DNA from: an uncultured bacterium
GTDB lineage: Bacteria; Gemmatimonadota; Gemmatimonadetes; Gemmatimonadales; Gemmatimonadaceae
DNA length: 54,902 nucleotides
NCBI GenBank assembly: GCA_963978095.1
Contig: CAXBQP010000013.1
Span: forward strand, 1-54,902
Direction of reading: 5' to 3'
In this document: positions 50,443-54,902 of the stretch, in pieces
Layout: the number at the start of each line of letters is the position of its first letter
Numbering within the stretch: the first letter of the stretch is position 1
Position numbers and translations under genes: made by a program
Notes under the pieces: model-generated
What the model was told of the DNA's origin: nothing
Database searches by the model: none
The model's input: only the letters and a program-made list of their open reading frames with translations

Positions 50443-52434
50443 CTACCGCGTACGCACCAGCTGCACTGAGATCGGCGTGTGCAACGCTTCGGTCAGCGAA
50501 CTCAACGCAAGGCTGCCGGCGCCCCCGGCCCCCACGGAAAAGCGTGCGAACGCCATGCCGCCAGCCGCGAGCGTGGCGGTCCGCGTGGCACTCGGCGCCA
50601 GCGCGTACACGCTCAGCGGGTAGACCGTCGGCGTGTTCGCCTCGCGCGGCATGATCGTGCGCAGGTCCCAACTCCGGAAGGCGTAGTTCGTCGACACCGG
50701 CACGCTGCTGCCGTCCGTCAGGAGGCTCATGGCGAACGCCTGCGCTGCCTGGAACGGCGAGGTGAACACATTGCCGAACACGTAGTTCAGGTTGTCGAGC
50801 CCCTGCCGGTTGGAGTTCACCAGTGCTTGCGTGTAGACCGTGGATTGCAGCGGGGACTGGTCGATCATGTAGCGCAGCAGTCCCCAGGTCGCGCCACGGG
50901 TCGCCAAACTGTCGTTGTCAGCCCACGGCGAGTTGGTCGACGGGTTCGCCATGAACGTGAGCAGACGCGCCATGTTCTGGTCCTGGTAGTTCAGGAAGTC
51001 ATTTTGCGTGGTGGACGTTGCGGCGATCTTGGAGAAGTTGATGTCCGTGCCAGAGCTGAAGCCGCTGACGCGGTAGTACAGCAGCTCTTCGGCATAATGC
51101 GACAGCCCTTCGTCCAGGAAGACGTCCTCCGCGTACGACGCGAACGTGACGTTCAGTCGACGCGACCAGTTGATGAGGTGTTGAAACTCGTGCGCAACGG
51201 TATTGACCACCGTGTTGATGAGGGCGGCACGATTCGTGTAGGCACTGTTGTATTTCTTTCCGGCGTCGAGCACCGGGAGGTAGAACATCTCGCCTTCATT
51301 GCTTGCGGCGCAGCCGTTGGTCCCGGTCGAGGCGTAGAGGTCGCGGGAGTCGAAGAAGCCGCCGATGACATAGCTCGACGTGGCGGGTGTGAGCGCATTG
51401 ACGCCCGGGGTGAAGAAGAGCACCACCCGGCCGTTGGCGTCAGCGTCGTACGGGGCGCCGAAGGCGTTGACGTCCACGTTGTAGACCAGCGTGTCGAACG
51501 TCGTGCCGATCGACAGCAACTCGGCGTCCGTGAGGCCCCCGGATGGTGCCGTGGTGTCGACAATGACGATCGCACGCGTCGTCACGGCGGCGACCCGTGC
51601 GCCGTGGTAATCCGATGCGTTCGCAACGCAGGGGTTGCCACCCACGCCGTCACCGTTGGAGTTGAGGCGGACGATCGTGCCGACCGTCGGTGTCGCGGCG
51701 AGCCCCTTGATGTTCGAGGTGGGGAAGGCGCGCGCACTCCCCGATCCCCCCATGCGCGACCCGAGCGTGCGCCGCATGTTGCGCTGGCGCTGCAGATGCA
51801 CCCGCTCCGGCTCCGACAGGCGCTCGCCCTCGAGGGGCGTCACCAGATTCGAGAGCGAAGGCGCGAGCGGCGTGCCGACCACCTGCGTGCCGCCGGCGAG
51901 CATGGTGAGCGGGCGGGTCGTCGACCCCGTATCGAGGTTGATGGCGGAAATCGCATAGTCCGCACCGGACGCACCGCCGGCCACACAGAGCAGGTTGCGT
52001 TGCGCGCCGGTGATGGTGCGAACCTCGCCGACGTTCATGGTGATGGCGCTGGACGTCGAGCACGGACTTGGGGCGGCGAGAATCGTTATGGCGAGCGAGG
52101 CCGACACCGTACCGTCTGCGGTCGCCGTGATCGTGCTGGTCCCGGCCGCGACACCTGTGACCGTTCCCGTGCTGCTGACAGAGGCGATCGTCGGCGCGCT
52201 CGACGTCCAGGTAATCGTGCGGTTCGTGAGCACGGTCCCGTTCGCATCATACGGCGTCGCCGACGACTTGATTGTTTCGCCGACCACGAACGAGTTGGCC
52301 GGGATCGCCAACACCAGCCGCGCGATGCTGGCGCCCCCGGTGGTCCCGCCGCCGGTAGTGGACGGCGCCGTTCCCGGCGACGACGGTTGGCAGGCGACCA
52401 GGAAGAGACCAAGGGCGAGGAGCGAGCGGCGCAT
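50443..52434 (-). CDS. Lipoprotein with Ig-like (Big_2) domain and gluzincin metallopeptidase motif (M30-like)
   Basis: Start MRRSLLALGLFLVA-C; WTSSAPTIASVSSTGTVTGVAAG; AHEFQHLIN...LDEGLSHYAEE. Confidence 0.82.
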   Translation of the reverse strand: MRRSLLALGLFLVACQPSSPGTAPSTTGGGTTGGASIARLVLAIPANSFVVGETIKSSATPYDANGTVLTNRTITWTSSAPTIASVSSTGTVTGVAAGTSTITATADGTVSASLAITILAAPSPCSTSSAITMNVGEVRTITGAQRNLLCVAGGASGADYAISAINLDTGSTTRPLTMLAGGTQVVGTPLAPSLSNLVTPLEGERLSEPERVHLQRQRNMRRTLGSRMGGSGSARAFPTSNIKGLAATPTVGTIVRLNSNGDGVGGNPCVANASDYHGARVAAVTTRAIVIVDTTAPSGGLTDAELLSIGTTFDTLVYNVDVNAFGAPYDADANGRVVLFFTPGVNALTPATSSYVIGGFFDSRDLYASTGTNGCAASNEGEMFYLPVLDAGKKYNSAYTNRAALINTVVNTVAHEFQHLINWSRRLNVTFASYAEDVFLDEGLSHYAEELLYYRVSGFSSGTDINFSKIAATSTTQNDFLNYQDQNMARLLTFMANPSTNSPWADNDSLATRGATWGLLRYMIDQSPLQSTVYTQALVNSNRQGLDNLNYVFGNVFTSPFQAAQAFAMSLLTDGSSVPVSTNYAFRSWDLRTIMPREANTPTVYPLSVYALAPSATRTATLAAGGMAFARFSVGAGGAGSLALSSLTEALHTPISVQLVRTR

Positions 52435-52491
52435 GGTGTCGGAGCTCAGGTGACGGTGCAAGGGGAGACCACCGGTGTCATACCCCACAAG

Positions 52492-52506
52492 GCAGGGCGC
52501 GTGCCA
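52492..52506 (-). promoter_or_regulatory. Putative sigma54 (-24/-12) promoter of the peptidase lipoprotein
   Basis: Minus strand TGGCACGCGCCCTGC: TGGCACG plus GG-N10-GC, 57 bp upstream of start. Confidence 0.55.
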
Positions 52507-52596
52507 CCGCCCTGTGGTATTATAGACGCGCGACACGAATTCCACCCGTACCCCGTGCTTTGTGATCTTCCGGCGACCATCGCGCGGCCCCGTCCC

Positions 52597-53064
52597 ATGA
52601 CGGAACGACTCCACCAGGATCTTGTCTACATGGCCCTGGCCGTGTCTGCTGCCCGGTCGGCGGGCGAGCAGGGGGAAGTGCCGGTGGGCGCCGTCGTGGT
52701 GCGAGATGGCCTCGTGATCGCCACGGCGGGCAACGCCATGGTGGCCCAGCGCGACGCGACCGCACACGCGGAAGTGTTGTCCATCCGGGCGGCGCAACAG
52801 GTCGTGAATGACGCGCGGCTCACGGACTGCACGTTGTACGTGACCTTGGAGCCCTGTGCGATGTGTGCCGGGGCGATCGTGCTCGCACGTGTTGATCGGG
52901 TGGTCTTCGGCGCATGGGACGACAAGGCGGGGATGGGCGGCTCGGTCGGCGACCTGTTGCGGCATCCCAGACTGAATCATCGCCCCGAGGTGGCGGGCGG
53001 GGTCATGGATGCCGCGTGTGGCGAGTTGTTGCGGGAATGGTTTTCCCGACGACGCACCCCATGA
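52597..53064 (+). CDS. tadA: tRNA adenosine(34) deaminase
   Basis: GEVPVGAVVV, DATAHAE, YVTLEPCAMCAGA, LNHRP. Confidence 0.93.
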   Translation: MTERLHQDLVYMALAVSAARSAGEQGEVPVGAVVVRDGLVIATAGNAMVAQRDATAHAEVLSIRAAQQVVNDARLTDCTLYVTLEPCAMCAGAIVLARVDRVVFGAWDDKAGMGGSVGDLLRHPRLNHRPEVAGGVMDAACGELLREWFSRRRTP

Positions 53065-53080
53065 ACTCTTGCCGTACGCG

Positions 53081-53109
53081 TTGACTGGGGCTGGTCGAGC
53101 CGATAATTT
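53081..53109 (+). promoter_or_regulatory. sigma70-type promoter of the tRNA pair
   Basis: TTGACT-N17-TAATTT. Confidence 0.7.
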
Positions 53110-53131
53110 CTTCAGGCTGGGAGAAAATCCT

Positions 53132-53218
53132 GGACAGGTGGCCGAGTGGTTGAAGGCACCGGTCTCGAAAACCGGCGTACCGGCAACGGTATCGTGAGTT
53201 CGAATCTCACCCTGTCCG
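53132..53218 (+). tRNA. tRNA-Ser(CGA), CCA not encoded
   Basis: GGACAGG/CCTGTCC acceptor; anticodon arm CCGGT-CTCGAAA-ACCGG; long variable arm; GTTCGAATC. Confidence 0.95.
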
Positions 53219-53304
53219 CTGCAGTGCAGGCGTGACCCGACGCGCTGGTTCGCGGATTCGCGTGCCAGCGCGTCGCAGTTCGTGGGGTGGCAGAACAGAA
53301 CAAA

Positions 53305-53391
53305 GGACGGGTGGCCGAGTGGTTTAAGGCGCACGCCTGGAAAGTGTGTGTACGTGAAAGCGTACCGTGGGTTCGAATCCCACCCCGTCCG
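53305..53391 (+). tRNA. tRNA-Ser(GGA), CCA not encoded
   Basis: GGACGGG/CCCGTCC acceptor; CACGC-CTGGAAA-GTGTG anticodon arm; long variable arm; GTTCGAATC. Confidence 0.95.
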
Positions 53392-53399
53392 TGGTGGAG

Positions 53400-53441
53400 A
53401 CGACGCGGCCCCCGCACCTCGGTACGGGGGCCGCGTCGTTG
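53400..53441 (+). terminator. Strong hairpin after tRNA-Ser(GGA), probable terminator
   Basis: 15-bp perfect stem ACGACGCGGCCCCCG/CGGGGGCCGCGTCGT; weak U tail. Confidence 0.55.
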
Positions 53442-53562
53442 CACCGGGTCGCGCTCCCCGGCCGCGGTCAGTGGTGTGCCTAGCGCCGCATTATGGCCGT
53501 CGTGAGATTCTCACGAGCGGTGGCGACCTGGTGTTCCTGTTCATCCCTGTGGAGGTGTCCCG

Positions 53563-54459
53563 ATGCGTGTGGCACGTCGCTGGTTGTTGGTGGCCGTGTG
53601 CTGTGGTGTGGCGCTACCGCTCGCGGCGCAGACACCGCGCCCTCGGGCACGTGATCTCGGAATCTCGCCGCTGATCGGCGGCACGCCCGGTGCCCTCGAC
53701 GCCATCACGGACGTACGCGGTGTGGAGGTCGGGCACGCCACGATCATCGCCGGCGACCCGGGACCACTCATGGTGGGCGTCGGACCGGTACGGACGGGTG
53801 TGACCATCGTGCATCCCCGAGGCAAGGCAAGCAATGATCCCGTGTTCGGCGCCTGGTTCACGCTGAACGGGAACGGGGAGATGACCGGTACCACGTGGCT
53901 GCAGGAAGGGGGATTTCTCGAAGGGCCGATCGGCATCACGAACACGCACAGTGTGGGCGTCGTGCGTGACGCGATCCTGGAGTGGCGGGTCGGGCGGGCC
54001 ACCTTGCAGCCGTGGGGGCTTCCCGTGGTCGCTGAGACTTATGATGGCGGGCTCAGCGACATCAACGGCTTTCATGTGAAGGCCGCGCACGCACGGTCGG
54101 CGCTCAACGGTGCCCAAGGGGGCATCGTCCCCCCGGAAGGGTCCGTGGGCGGCGGGACGGGAATGACCTGCGAGGGCTTCAAGGGAGGGATCGGCACCGC
54201 GTCGCGGACACTGACGGTGGCGCAGGGGGGCTACACCGTTGGGGTGCTGGTGCAGTGCAACTTCGGCTCGATGCGCGACATGCGCGTCGCCGGCGTGCCG
54301 GTCGGCGAGGAACTGAGCGATCTGGCGTCGTGCATCGCCGGCCCGCTGCCTGCCGGCTCGCCGCCGGGTCGTCGCCGCTGCGACCAGCCCGCGCCGAAGG
54401 GCTCGCCCCTCGGCGGTCCCTCCACCGAGGTCGAACTCGGCTCGATCATCGTGATCGCC
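53563..54459 (+). CDS. P1/DmpA (S58) family aminopeptidase, N-terminal part up to GSIIVIA (ORF continues in frame to window end)
   Basis: Hand translation: GGAGG SD, signal peptide, RARDLG, AITDV.GVEVGH, NGNGEMTG, TNTHSVG, PVVAETYDG.LSDING, EGSVGGGTGM, FKGGIGTASR, VLVQCNFG, GSII. Confidence 0.88.
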
Positions 54460-54902
54460 ATCCTGATCTTCGGTCCGAAGAGCCACCTGAGCATCGATCA
54501 AGTGTTCGGCACCTGGATCAATAACACCGGCTTCGGAGATCCGAACAACCCCACGAGCGGTATTCCGTTCTTCTTCTTCGTCATTCCGCTGGGCTTCATT
54601 CTCACGCAGTACACCATCACGGGTTATGACGCATCTGCCCACCTCGCCGAGGAGACCCACGGCGCCTCGGATGCCGCAGCAAAGGGCATCTGGCGCTCCA
54701 TCCTCTACTCAGCGATCGGTGGCTGGATCCTTCTCCTGTCGTTCCTGTTTGCGGTTCAGGACATCCCGGCAGTCACCAAGGGTGGCGGCTTCTCATTCGT
54801 CATCTTCAACCAGGCTCTCAGCCCCAACCTCGCGGGAACGGTTCTCCTGATCTCCAGTCTCGGACAGCTGTTCTGCACAGTGGCATGTATGACCAGTGCA
54901 AC
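54460..54902 (+). CDS. Internal fragment of an APC-family amino-acid permease, in frame with the DmpA ORF, open at window end
   Basis: Hand translation: ILIFGPKSH...INNTGF...LGFILTQYTITGYDASAHLAEETHGASDAAAKGIWRSI...GQLFCTVACMTSA. Confidence 0.82.
   Translation, partial: MLIFGPKSHLSIDQVFGTWINNTGFGDPNNPTSGIPFFFFVIPLGFILTQYTITGYDASAHLAEETHGASDAAAKGIWRSILYSAIGGWILLLSFLFAVQDIPAVTKGGGFSFVIFNQALSPNLAGTVLLISSLGQLFCTVACMTSA

Noticed and set aside
53238..53275. Hairpin between the two tRNA-Ser genes as a separate ncRNA
   Set aside because: A simple 11-bp stem, consistent with a tRNA spacer or processing structure
53392..54902. Genomic island integrated at tRNA-Ser
   Set aside because: No integrase and no duplicated tRNA 3' end visible in the window

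Overview
High-GC bacterial chromosome segment, densely packed and almost entirely on the + strand. The gene set and order suggest a diderm organism, most plausibly Gemmatimonadota (inference, not verified). It is mostly core genome. Left part: ftsY-recG-(PQQ/sorbosone dehydrogenase)-asnS, mazG (minus), alr-deoB-cdd-lipoprotein-FadL-like OMP, hybrid RR/HK-mtaB-miaB, comEC, fbp, a split methylmalonyl-CoA mutase subunit, FmdB-argS, pfkB-purM-OMP. Middle: ribD-ribE-ribBA-ribH-nusB-GT4, a complete mannose-family PTS with hprK/ptsH/ptsI, metK, a DUF151 nuclease. Right part: a cobalamin riboswitch controlling btuFCDB, recO-selB, clpB, a minus-strand Ig-domain gluzincin lipoprotein, tadA and two tRNA-Ser genes. 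The last ORF (53563 to the window end) is missing from the ORF track because it has no stop. It is a DmpA/P1 peptidase that switches in frame, just after its Gly-Ser autocleavage motif, into the middle of an APC amino-acid permease: either a chimeric assembly (more likely) or an unusual fusion. Other notable signals are sigma54-type promoters before clpB and the peptidase lipoprotein, a recurrent TAnnTT -10 element with probable leaderless genes, and a ComEC apparently lacking its OB domain. No CRISPR array, transposase, integrase or phage gene was seen, and I cannot claim a clearly new biological system here.
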